Part shown: positions 11,136 through 19,966 of the stretch, piece after piece
Numbering within the stretch: the first letter of the stretch is position 1
Layout of the letters: each line of letters starts with the position of its first letter
Assembly (NCBI GenBank): GCA_028714495.1
Contig: JAQTMH010000002.1
Location: 163,714 to 227,713, forward strand
DNA length: 64,000 bases
Direction: 5' to 3'
Source of the DNA: Patescibacteria group bacterium
GTDB taxonomy: Bacteria; Patescibacteriota; Patescibacteriia; JAHIZJ01
Position numbers and translations under genes: made by a program
The notes under the pieces: generated by a model
Database searches by the model: none
What the model was told of the DNA's origin: nothing
What the model saw: only the letters and a program-made list of their open reading frames with translations

Positions 11136-11858
11136 TTATTTAAATAAATGTTGAAATCTTATTTTAACCAGGGCGAGAAACATGTTTAAGCTGGTTCTCA
11201 TTAGTTTCGTGGTTGAACCCAGCATTTCTGAGCTTGATTTGTCGACCCAGACGCTCGGTACTTCGGTGATATGAAAGCCGGCCCTCTTCGCCAGCCAAAG
11301 CAATTCAACGTCAAAAGCCATGTTTTTTTCCTTCAAATTCGGCAGTATCTTCTGCACCACCTCGCGACGGAAAAGCTTGGCTCCGCACTGCGTATCCCGA
11401 ACCGGCAGCCAGAATAAAAGCTTTGTGACCAGATGAAAACCCTGGCTGGTTAATTTTCTCAAGGGCGACTTCCGGCCGATAATTTGCGAGCCCTTTTTCC
11501 AACGCGAGGCGATTGCACCGTCGTATTTTTTCTGTAAGATGGCCTCAACTAATTTTCGATATTCCTCCGGGCTGGTTGAGCCATCAGCGTCCAGAAAGCC
11601 AACGAGCTCCCCTTCGGCCTTTTGAAAACCGTAGTGGACCGCCAAACCTTTGCCGCCGGTCTTTAAATCAAAATACCGAATGGCTGGACCCAATTCTTTG
11701 ATAGCCCGCTCAACCACTTCGCGGCTATCGTCTCTACAGCCATTTAAAACCACGATTATTTCTGTTTGGCCGGGATAAAAATCCTTCACGTACCGGTCCA
11801 AGGTCTCACGGATTCTTTTGGCTTCGTTATAGGCTGGAATGACTATGGAAATGAGCAT
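11136..11858 (-). CDS. Glycosyltransferase family 2 (dolichyl/polyprenyl-phosphate sugar transferase-like)
   Basis: ISIVIPAYNEAKRI...LDADGST pattern of Dpm1/GtrB-like GT2 enzymes. Confidence 0.7.
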   Translation of the reverse strand: MLISIVIPAYNEAKRIRETLDRYVKDFYPGQTEIIVVLNGCRDDSREVVERAIKELGPAIRYFDLKTGGKGLAVHYGFQKAEGELVGFLDADGSTSPEEYRKLVEAILQKKYDGAIASRWKKGSQIIGRKSPLRKLTSQGFHLVTKLLFWLPVRDTQCGAKLFRREVVQKILPNLKEKNMAFDVELLWLAKRAGFHITEVPSVWVDKSSSEMLGSTTKLMRTSLNMFLALVKIRFQHLFK

Positions 11859-11859
11859 A

Positions 11860-13095
11860 TTATTTTTGGGTTCCCAGAGTTACCTCGATGGTTTTAACTT
11901 CAGTGTCTCGCAATACTTCAAGTTTAACGCTATCGCCCGCCGAATAACTTAGAATTAGGTTGGTTAAATTGTTCGTTTCATCGACAGATAGGCTGCCGAC
12001 TTTCAAGATTATATCCCCTTTGGCCAAACCGGCCTTTTCAGCCGGACTATTGGTCAAAACCGCCGGCTGGTTTGCTTCCAAATCCCCATAAATCAACGCG
12101 CCGTTCTTTTTATTCTGGGAAAATAGACTGGCCACGTTTTCCGCCCGACCCAGATCAAGATAATAAACGCCTAATAACGGGCGAACTACTTGGTTATTTT
12201 TTAGCAGGCTGTTCAAGCCGCTTTGGATCTGATCGGCTGGAACCATCTGATTAGTCGGCCAATCGGCTGAAGCCACTATCCCGACAATTTCACTTGAGGC
12301 GTTAATAACAACGCTTCCTTGGTACTGGGCCGCTACTGGGTCTTTAATAAGCCAATGTTCATTGGAGGTGTCGCTCGACTGATAATATTCATCAGCCCGG
12401 GATGCGTCCGGCTGGTATTTTTGGATAAGCTTGGTCGGCCAAAGCATTGGTAAGGCTCCGCTGTTTTTTTTGATTAAGAAAATTTCTTGTCCAGCGGCAA
12501 TCTTATCTCTGGTCGCGAATTTATTTACCGTGAAATTTTTACCATTAATTTTTAAAAAGTACAAAGACGTGGCTGGATCAGCCATTATTTTTTCCACGGC
12601 GTATACCTCGCCACTTGAAGTAACGGCCACGTAAACTTGCTGTAAATCAGGCGTCGCCCACTTCGGTACCACCACCCAACCATCGCTAGTCACTAACAGG
12701 CCGGTTGATAACTGTTCCCAGGGATGATAAAGCGAAGCCCGCGGATCGGCCGCTGACTGATTTGTCTGTTTTTTAAATATTCCGACCAAGCCAGCTTGAG
12801 ACTGTTCAGCCAAATCCGATAATTTATTCGAGTCAATTTCGGTTTGGCGGTTTGTCTGGACAGTGGCAGTCCCCTGACTGGTATTTTGATCCGTAAAGAA
12901 GTTGTAGAAAAAATAACCACCAAAAAAACCCGAAAAAACACCAACAATAACGGCTAAAAGAATAATAAAAAGTCGTCCACTCTTAGGTGGCGGCCGATGT
13001 ATCTCGGTCAAGCTTTTATCATGATAGAGTTTGTCCAGTTCTTTGAGGCGTTTATTTTTTGGGGAGGTGGGTGTCGGTTCGATTTCCATAAACAT
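11860..13095 (-). CDS. Membrane-anchored trypsin-like (HtrA-family) domain plus a C-terminal PDZ domain; the catalytic His appears to be missing
   Basis: One TM helix is followed by a region alignable to HtrA protease-domain blocks (DGWVVV, YAVEKIMADPATSLYFLKI, DPVAAQYQGSVVINASSEIVGIV). The C-terminal PDZ reads GALIYG...AGLAKGDIILKVGS. There is no His where HtrA has NHV, and GNSGG is replaced by YQGSV. Confidence 0.55.
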   Translation of the reverse strand: MFMEIEPTPTSPKNKRLKELDKLYHDKSLTEIHRPPPKSGRLFIILLAVIVGVFSGFFGGYFFYNFFTDQNTSQGTATVQTNRQTEIDSNKLSDLAEQSQAGLVGIFKKQTNQSAADPRASLYHPWEQLSTGLLVTSDGWVVVPKWATPDLQQVYVAVTSSGEVYAVEKIMADPATSLYFLKINGKNFTVNKFATRDKIAAGQEIFLIKKNSGALPMLWPTKLIQKYQPDASRADEYYQSSDTSNEHWLIKDPVAAQYQGSVVINASSEIVGIVASADWPTNQMVPADQIQSGLNSLLKNNQVVRPLLGVYYLDLGRAENVASLFSQNKKNGALIYGDLEANQPAVLTNSPAEKAGLAKGDIILKVGSLSVDETNNLTNLILSYSAGDSVKLEVLRDTEVKTIEVTLGTQK

Positions 13096-13107
13096 TTATT
13101 ATTTATA

Positions 13108-13284
13108 GGACTTACGCGTTTGAGACAACCCCGGATCCGAGTCCGGGGGAGGAAAAATGCGAGGATTTTGCGAGGCGTAGTCAAACTACGACGAGTAAAA
13201 ACGTAGCATTTTGACAAAGAAATTGGCCAAAGCCGCTTTAGGATCGGGCTATGCCCGTCCGAAAAGCGGCAAGCGCGTAAGTCC
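13108..13284. repeat. MITE-like intergenic repeat, copy 1 (177 bp); its terminal inverted repeat is GGACTTACGCG, and each end is flanked by TA
   Basis: Near-identical to 45513-45672 apart from hairpin-loop indels. The ends ggacttacgcgtttgag and gcggcaagcgcgtaagtcc are inverted repeats. There are internal hairpins (cgtagtcaaactacg, gtcaaa..tttgac). TA occurs immediately outside both ends. Confidence 0.6.
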
Positions 13285-13291
13285 TAATTTG

Positions 13292-14053
13292 CTAGGCCCA
13301 ACGGGCGGTTATCAGCGTTAATATTAACACACTTAGACTGATTATTAAATACCTGACAACTACCGAGGCCTTTAGCTGCCCCAGCAGAGAATAGCGGCCT
13401 AAATTTATCGTGGTGTAATAAATTACCGTAAGGATAAAAGCGTTGACCAGCGCGGCTGAGGGTAAAAAACTTAGCGCCCAAAAAATTTCTCCGCAAACCA
13501 ATCCGCTCATCAGGGCAAAAAGCGCCGTCGCGCCGAAAGAAACCTTGCTGATCCAAATCGCCTGGAAGGTAAGCAGGGCCGAGATAATAAACATAGCCAA
13601 GGTCATCGCCCAGGCTGGCCAGCTCAGGTAGAGAATCAAACTAAAGCCGACGCTGCCCATAAGAAAAATAGCGATTAAATTCAGATAACTTGAAATATTT
13701 TGAAGGGCGTTGACCTGATATTTTTCCGTTCGAAAATTGTAGTAAAATATCTGCGTCAAATACAGCCCATTCAGGACTAAAGAACCGGCAATGACGATTT
13801 GCCTGGCTAGTTCTCCGGAAATGAAAAAAATGAAAAAGAATACTCCCGTATTTAAAACAGCGAGGGTGATAAAAAAGATATAGAGGATCCTACGAAGCCC
13901 TTTGGTCGATAGCCAGAGAAGGGTCAGGAATATAACCACAATAACTGCTCCCCAGAGATAAAAGAGATGTTCGGGAAAGCGCAATAAAGCCTCATAGGTT
14001 AAAACCAGGAATAAAGGCGTGGCGAGAGTGAGAATGCGTCTAATAAGAAGCAT
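13292..14053 (-). CDS. Polytopic membrane protein (hypothetical)
   Basis: 253 aa with about 7 hydrophobic helices. It starts a run of co-oriented envelope genes. Confidence 0.45.
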   Translation of the reverse strand: MLLIRRILTLATPLFLVLTYEALLRFPEHLFYLWGAVIVVIFLTLLWLSTKGLRRILYIFFITLAVLNTGVFFFIFFISGELARQIVIAGSLVLNGLYLTQIFYYNFRTEKYQVNALQNISSYLNLIAIFLMGSVGFSLILYLSWPAWAMTLAMFIISALLTFQAIWISKVSFGATALFALMSGLVCGEIFWALSFLPSAALVNAFILTVIYYTTINLGRYSLLGQLKASVVVRYLIISLSVLILTLITARWA

Positions 14054-14059
14054 AGTTTT

Positions 14060-14776
14060 TTAAAAAGGAAGTTTGGGATTAAGGACCTGGCCGGTTAAGA
14101 CCAGGGCGCCTGGCTCGGTCTTTAAAGTCTTTAGCTTTACGTAATTAATCGCTTCATTGTTTAAAGTTTTTAAAGGCACTTTGAGCATTTCATGCAATAA
14201 CGCGTTGACCAGAGAAGCTGGCAAGGGTAAACGCTCAATTTTTGCTTTGGTGATTTTAAAATCAATCTGGCCTTCTTTCACCATCGGCTTGGCCAGGGCC
14301 GCGAAGCGGTAGGTCCGGTTTTGAGAAATCAGCTGGCCATAAAATTCCACTCCTTCGGCTTCAACCGCCGCTTGGATCTCGCGAAAAATTGAGTCCTGGG
14401 TGAGAAGCGATTTTTGGATTAAAACCGTCAGCTCTGATTCAGAAATTTCTAAGCCGTCCTTTTGGGATATTACCGTGCTGGCAAATCTCTCGCCCAGCAC
14501 TAAACCAATTTTTCCGTCTAAGCCGGACTCAATCTGAACTGAACGAACCGGCTGAAGCGGACGATAGAAAAGCGGCGTGAAAACTGGAACCTTGGCGACT
14601 CCTAAATAGGCAACCAGCGCCGCTACCGAGAAAATAATTAAAGCTAATCCAAAAATTAATTGGCCGAGACAGCTTCGCGGAAATAGGCGGAAACGGAAAA
14701 ATGAAAAACGGGAACGCTTTGGCTTTGCTGCTATGGGAGTAATCGTTTGAGCTGATTGGGGAAATACTCGAGCCAT
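14060..14776 (-). CDS. Single-pass membrane protein (hypothetical)
   Basis: 238 aa with a basic N-terminus, one TM helix (LIFGLALIIFSVAALVAYL) and a soluble domain. Confidence 0.4.
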   Translation of the reverse strand: MARVFPQSAQTITPIAAKPKRSRFSFFRFRLFPRSCLGQLIFGLALIIFSVAALVAYLGVAKVPVFTPLFYRPLQPVRSVQIESGLDGKIGLVLGERFASTVISQKDGLEISESELTVLIQKSLLTQDSIFREIQAAVEAEGVEFYGQLISQNRTYRFAALAKPMVKEGQIDFKITKAKIERLPLPASLVNALLHEMLKVPLKTLNNEAINYVKLKTLKTEPGALVLTGQVLNPKLPF

Positions 14777-14781
14777 AACGC

Positions 14782-15873
14782 TTATTCAATAGCTCCAGGC
14801 AAAGGCGTCAACCAATTGTTCCCCTCGCGGGTTATGGCTTCTCGATAATTCCCTTGCTTATTCATTTTCCAGATTTGGGCTCTGGGTCCAGCTGGTCCGA
14901 GTTCAAGGGTATTGTACCAGATATCATTTTCCTTTGATGACCAGCGGGCTAAGATCCCGATGATGCCAAATTCCTGGATCTGACCGCCGTCAAGCGTCAC
15001 TTGGCCGATCCGGCCCTGGAATTTTTCCTCGTCCAGCATTGCCGTATAGACAATGCTTTGGCCATCGTCTGACAAATCAAGCGTCCAGTTAATCGTGCCG
15101 GCGATGTTCGGCAAAGCGATTATCTCTTTTTGAGCCTGGCCGCGCAAATCGCCGCTGGCCAGATAATAATTCTCATCTTGCTTTTTAACAAAAATAATCT
15201 CTTCGCTCGAGGCTGAAAATATCGGTGCCAATGCCTCGCCCGAGTAAATCAGAAACGGTTCGCTCAAAGTGTCGGTACGTATCAATTCACGTACTGATAT
15301 ACCCTCCTTATCCGCGTAGGCGATCCGGCGGCCATTGGGTGAAATATTCAGGCTGCTGATGCCTGAGCCGATTTCTTTGATTTGTCGCGAATCCAAATAT
15401 ATAATAAAGCTCCTTTGTTTGCCTGGTTGGATCGGGTCAACGACTGAGTAAACGGCCAAGCGGCCGTCAGTCGAGGCGGTCAAATTCACCGGCCGTTCAC
15501 TAATGGCTATCAGAAAGGTGTTGCTTTTCTCACTGAAAGAATAACTCCAAAGCTTATAAAAACCGCTTTCCTGGGTGAAATAGAGCAAACTTTCGTTGTC
15601 AATCAGGACTGGCAAAAGCTGGGCGGCCAGCCCTGGTAAAACAGCCCCAGCGGAGTTCTGGGCTGAATCGTAAAAGTATATCCTCCGAGTGCCATCGCGA
15701 TCAGAAACAAATGGTTCGCTCCAAGAAGACGGAACTATTTCAAAAGGCGCCGGTCGCGCGATTTTACCCCTGACCTCGCTGATACCGGCCGGAAGCTTTT
15801 TAATCTGCAACCAGCCGATGAAACCAGCTAGGCAGATTAAAGCTATTACTAAAAAAACGATTCGCTTGGCCAT
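14782..15873 (-). CDS. TolB-like PD40 beta-propeller repeat protein (secreted or membrane-anchored)
   Basis: N-terminal signal/TM sequence and repeated PD40-like segments (ISPNGRRIAYADKEG, DLSDDGQSIVYTA, STDGRLAVYSV). Confidence 0.5.
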   Translation of the reverse strand: MAKRIVFLVIALICLAGFIGWLQIKKLPAGISEVRGKIARPAPFEIVPSSWSEPFVSDRDGTRRIYFYDSAQNSAGAVLPGLAAQLLPVLIDNESLLYFTQESGFYKLWSYSFSEKSNTFLIAISERPVNLTASTDGRLAVYSVVDPIQPGKQRSFIIYLDSRQIKEIGSGISSLNISPNGRRIAYADKEGISVRELIRTDTLSEPFLIYSGEALAPIFSASSEEIIFVKKQDENYYLASGDLRGQAQKEIIALPNIAGTINWTLDLSDDGQSIVYTAMLDEEKFQGRIGQVTLDGGQIQEFGIIGILARWSSKENDIWYNTLELGPAGPRAQIWKMNKQGNYREAITREGNNWLTPLPGAIE

Positions 15874-15883
15874 AATTAATTAT

Positions 15884-16279
15884 TTACCCGCCCTTCTCCC
15901 TGAAACATTGTAAGAAATCTTCATTGTCCTTCCATTGGCATTGGCCCGAAACACAACCGCAGCTTGTTAGGGCGTAACATTGATAATACTCACGGTACAA
16001 ACAGGGCGAGGTGATGGTTTCAACCATGCCCTTCAAGCCGCAAATTTCATTAGAGCAGCCGCCAATAGCGCATTCACTGTCTTCGGCGCATCCGGTCTTG
16101 ATGGTCCCGTCCGAAGATGAGTTGTTGATATTAATTGAAGTGTTTCTATTGTTGATCACCTCGTTAATATTCGAAGGTTCGTCGCCATCTCCTGATTGCC
16201 AAAACAACAAATAGGTCATCAATCCGACCCAAAGTAGAAAAATCGCGGCAATTACTATTATTAGAATTCTTTTATTCAT
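15884..16279 (-). CDS. Small secreted Cys-rich protein
   Basis: Signal peptide MNKRILIIVIAAIFLLWVGL, then a C-terminal domain with 10 or more Cys (GCAEDSECAIGGCSNEICG...CGCVSGQC). Confidence 0.45.
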   Translation of the reverse strand: MNKRILIIVIAAIFLLWVGLMTYLLFWQSGDGDEPSNINEVINNRNTSININNSSSDGTIKTGCAEDSECAIGGCSNEICGLKGMVETITSPCLYREYYQCYALTSCGCVSGQCQWKDNEDFLQCFREKGG

Positions 16280-16314
16280 TATTCATCTAAATTAGCATAT
16301 TTGCGTCAGCGCGT

Positions 16315-17913
16315 TTACTCGGTCGCCTCTATTTTTCCATCACCCAAGGGATTGTAGCCGCTCTCAACTTCCTCGCCGTCAAGAAAACCATCGCCGTCTG
16401 AATCGGCTTTACTCGGTTCAGTCCCCCATTCGGCTTCTTCAGTATCTGACAATCCATCACCGTCAGTGTCAGTTGATGAATTACCGTCTCCGTTGGCTGT
16501 GTCTGCTTGAGCCTCGGCTTCCAACGAGATTGAATCTGGAGTTAAAGTATTCTGACCTTTGACATAAGTCCCTCGAATTGACGCCGCCTCTTCGTCGGAG
16601 AAATCCATTTGATATAACAGGGCGTATGCACCATCCTCTTTTTCATAAGCATATGGCTGATTAGTAAAAACATCTGTCGTCTCGACTTCATCTTTCAGGC
16701 TGCAGGCCAGGGTTTGAGTGGGAAGGCCAGTGTTATCGCAGGCATCGCCCAGAGCCGAAACTAATGTCTCAAGCGAAACCGGATAATCCCCCGAATTTTC
16801 ATAGATAATCGCCAGTGCCTGTTGAAGATTGTCAATTTGGGTTGCCTGACTCTGGACGTTCAATAGATTACCAATCGATACGTCCTCTGACGTGCCACCG
16901 GTAAAACCACCCATAAAACCAGTCAAAAAGTCCTGGAAAAGGCTCATAAAATTTTCTGACTCAGTTGGCGCCTCGACTGTTACCGGCTGATTTATCTTGC
17001 TTTGGTTGAGCGTGATCGTAAAATCAGCTTTTGTGTCAGTCTCCACGTCCATACTCGCCTTCACAACTAACTGCCGAACAAAATAATCCTTTTTACCGAT
17101 AGCCATCTCTCCTGATAGAGCCTTTACGTTCTTATAGATCGCGTCAACGGCTGATTGGATGGTCTCGCTAGTTATCCCAGAATTGCTGCTTAAAGTTTGA
17201 AGGCTAGAATTCAGTAATTCTTGAGTGAATTTTTTAATTTCATCAATATTAATGGCCAGGCTGTAGCGATAGCAATTTACCCCATCAAGCTTTTGATCAG
17301 GCAATCTTTTGTCAACACTGTATAAATTATATTTATTGACCAGCTCTTTGGCTTGGTCAAGCAATTTCTTCTGCTGTTCTTGATTGGGCAATTGCGTGTT
17401 TGTATTCTGATTCGTTAAGCCGGAATTTTTCAGGGCATCCTCGGCCGCTTTTTGCATTTCCACGGGGTCAAGGCGGAACCACTTACCTTCTATTTCGCTC
17501 AGAGACGCCACATCCAGCCCTGGGATTTGGGGTATTTTGGGAATCCGGAAATAAAAAATATCGTTAGCCGATTTGATATCAATATCAAATTTCAGCTCAG
17601 AGCCAGTCGAAGCGAATGTTCCTTGAAGCTGCCCCTGTAAATTTGACTGGTCGGAATCCATCAACAGTTTTAACTTGCCGTTAGATGAATTATTGGCCTG
17701 CGTAAGAGTAAAGGCGAATTCCAAATCAGAGTGAGCCGATTTAACAGCTGTCATTTTATCCTGACTGAGTTGCAAAACTTTATCGGGGCTTTTTTCTAAA
17801 AGTGGCAGAGTAAAAACCGTCTGGGTAAACGGAATTTGGCAACCGACAATAAAAACAACCGCGGCGCCTAAAACACTGAAAATTGCAATGCGCTTTTTCA
17901 TTTGATCTTTCAA
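16315..17913 (-). CDS. Secreted/lipoprotein with C-terminal calcium-binding DxDxDG (thrombospondin-type-3-like) repeats
   Basis: Signal peptide ending ...VGC (a lipobox-like site). The C-terminus reads DTDGDGLSDTEEAEWGTEPSKADSDGDGFLDGEEVESGYNPLGDG. Confidence 0.5.
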   Translation of the reverse strand: MKDQMKKRIAIFSVLGAAVVFIVGCQIPFTQTVFTLPLLEKSPDKVLQLSQDKMTAVKSAHSDLEFAFTLTQANNSSNGKLKLLMDSDQSNLQGQLQGTFASTGSELKFDIDIKSANDIFYFRIPKIPQIPGLDVASLSEIEGKWFRLDPVEMQKAAEDALKNSGLTNQNTNTQLPNQEQQKKLLDQAKELVNKYNLYSVDKRLPDQKLDGVNCYRYSLAINIDEIKKFTQELLNSSLQTLSSNSGITSETIQSAVDAIYKNVKALSGEMAIGKKDYFVRQLVVKASMDVETDTKADFTITLNQSKINQPVTVEAPTESENFMSLFQDFLTGFMGGFTGGTSEDVSIGNLLNVQSQATQIDNLQQALAIIYENSGDYPVSLETLVSALGDACDNTGLPTQTLACSLKDEVETTDVFTNQPYAYEKEDGAYALLYQMDFSDEEAASIRGTYVKGQNTLTPDSISLEAEAQADTANGDGNSSTDTDGDGLSDTEEAEWGTEPSKADSDGDGFLDGEEVESGYNPLGDGKIEATE

Positions 17914-17938
17914 AAATAATAATATTTAAATTCGTCGA

Positions 17939-19870
17939 TTAACCGGCACTGACACCGCCGCCACCGCCGCCACCGCCTGAAAATCCGCCAGAAAAGCCGG
18001 ACGAAGACGAGCTGCCCGACGAGCGAGGCGAAGATCCCAGCGAGGCGCCGGCCTGACTGGTAAATCCCGAAAGCTGTCTGGTAAAATCGGTGATGAGAAA
18101 CGCTCCCATGTAAGCTCCGGCCGGGTGATACCAATTTGGCGGCTCTTTGTAAATATCGGCAAAACGCTTGGCCCACTCTTTTTCCACGCCTAAAACCATG
18201 GCGTAGGGCAAATATTTTTCAAAAGTCTCCGGTGTCATCTGGCCGAGTCGAAACCGTTCAGCCGTGATTAAATACAGCTTGAAGCCTTGAATCCACCATT
18301 TGGCTTCAGCGCCCTTGACCGTTTTCTTCGGCATGGCAAGCGCGAATATTAAACCGATTATTCCAACTAATAAAATCGGAAAAAGCAGCCCGAAACTGAA
18401 AATCATCGTGACAAATCCCAAAATCAGAATGATCAAAGGCTTCATGGCATTCTGACGCCTCACTTTGTCCGGTGGAAGGTCGAAATATCCATTATCAGCC
18501 ACTGCTTGGTAAATGGATTTTTTTATCCCGGGAATTTCATGATAAAACTTCATTTGCAAATCGGACAGATCAACCTCTGGCTTTGAATGAAACAGACCCT
18601 CCAGCATAAGTCGCTCATATTCGGTTAAACCCTCGGGCGTCTTATTCGTTCTGATTAACCGGTAATCCTTTTTGCTAAACCTCGATTTTGGTTTCAGCTC
18701 CTGAATCGTCAGCCAGCCGCGGACAGCGAAATCAACTATCATCGGCGTAATGTCCTTGAGCTGAACTCGCTCGTCAATCACCGTTCCCATCTCGCTCGGG
18801 GTCATGTCTTGGGGGGGTTCATATTGGGCGATAATGGTTTTCTTCTCGTCTGGATCTTGCCCCAGCTTCTTCCAGCGTCGGTAATAATAGATAAAAGCAA
18901 AAATCGGCAGCAGCCAAACTGCCACCGCTAAAACCGCCAGGATAAATTTACCCCAGCGATACCACCAGGTTTCGGTCAGGGCAAACGAATAAGAGGTTGT
19001 TTTGCCTTTTTCGATGGTTAATTCTTTTGTTTCGCTGGTATAGCCGAACTTGCTGATTGAAATAGTAATAACTTCTCGAGTGGCTGTAGGGTCGCTGATT
19101 TGAAAAGCTTTCGGCGTCTGGCCGTCAGTTTTTTCGCCGTTTACAATGATGGCGGCACCTTCAATCTCACGCGTTCCAATCCTGGCTTCGATTCGAAGCG
19201 TGCCCGGATCTTCGACTATCCCCTTTGGCCAGCTCGAGACAATAGTAAAACCCTCGGCCGGGCCAATTAGCTGACCCCGGAACTTGATTGTTCGACTGTC
19301 CGATATTTCATAGTCTTCTGACTGTTGAGTGGAACCCTGCGGTCCAAGGTATATCGTCTGGGGATAATCAGCCAGATTGGGCGCGTCAGCCGGGAGAATC
19401 ACCGCCGCCCTGACAAAATCAACGCTAACCTCTCGATCCATCGGCAAGACGTTCCAGTAAAATTCGTCATGGTCCTCAAAAAAACCAACGCCGCCTAAAA
19501 CCTCATATTGAAAAATCCAAGTTTTTTTCTGGTCGGTGGCTGAAAAATTGAGCCTGGCCCAAACCCGGTCAGAATAATCAGCGGTTTCAACATCGGGAGA
19601 GCTCAATAGATTGTTTTGCTCGTCAAAGACCTGGAAATCAACGATATCCTCCACCCGGTTTTTATAAATCTCGGTCTCGACCCAAGAAAAAGAACCCTCA
19701 AAATCAAAGGTCCTGGTCTCCCGCACAGTAATAGTGCCATCCTCGTGAACTCGGATTTGCGAGTCCCAATCGCTAATATCCCAGGATTTCGCCTGGCTGG
19801 CTTTTGGCGCAAAAAGTAAAAGCCCAAAAGCTCCGACAAAAATAAGGGTTTTAATAAAAGTTTTCCCCAT
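17939..19870 (-). CDS. DUF2207-like membrane protein with a large extracytoplasmic N-domain and a Gly/Ser-rich C-tail
   Basis: Signal peptide, a beta-rich N-terminal domain of about 300 aa, central TM helices, and a C-terminal GSSSSSGFSGGFSGGGGGGGGVSAG tail characteristic of DUF2207/YciQ-like proteins. Confidence 0.5.
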   Translation of the reverse strand: MGKTFIKTLIFVGAFGLLLFAPKASQAKSWDISDWDSQIRVHEDGTITVRETRTFDFEGSFSWVETEIYKNRVEDIVDFQVFDEQNNLLSSPDVETADYSDRVWARLNFSATDQKKTWIFQYEVLGGVGFFEDHDEFYWNVLPMDREVSVDFVRAAVILPADAPNLADYPQTIYLGPQGSTQQSEDYEISDSRTIKFRGQLIGPAEGFTIVSSWPKGIVEDPGTLRIEARIGTREIEGAAIIVNGEKTDGQTPKAFQISDPTATREVITISISKFGYTSETKELTIEKGKTTSYSFALTETWWYRWGKFILAVLAVAVWLLPIFAFIYYYRRWKKLGQDPDEKKTIIAQYEPPQDMTPSEMGTVIDERVQLKDITPMIVDFAVRGWLTIQELKPKSRFSKKDYRLIRTNKTPEGLTEYERLMLEGLFHSKPEVDLSDLQMKFYHEIPGIKKSIYQAVADNGYFDLPPDKVRRQNAMKPLIILILGFVTMIFSFGLLFPILLVGIIGLIFALAMPKKTVKGAEAKWWIQGFKLYLITAERFRLGQMTPETFEKYLPYAMVLGVEKEWAKRFADIYKEPPNWYHPAGAYMGAFLITDFTRQLSGFTSQAGASLGSSPRSSGSSSSSGFSGGFSGGGGGGGGVSAG

Positions 19871-19966
19871 AAAATCTAAATCATTCTACCACTTTTACCT
19901 TGTTTTTGCAAATAAAACGCGGGCGAGGTTAGTTAACCTAGTCTACCTGGTTTCAATATAGCTATT

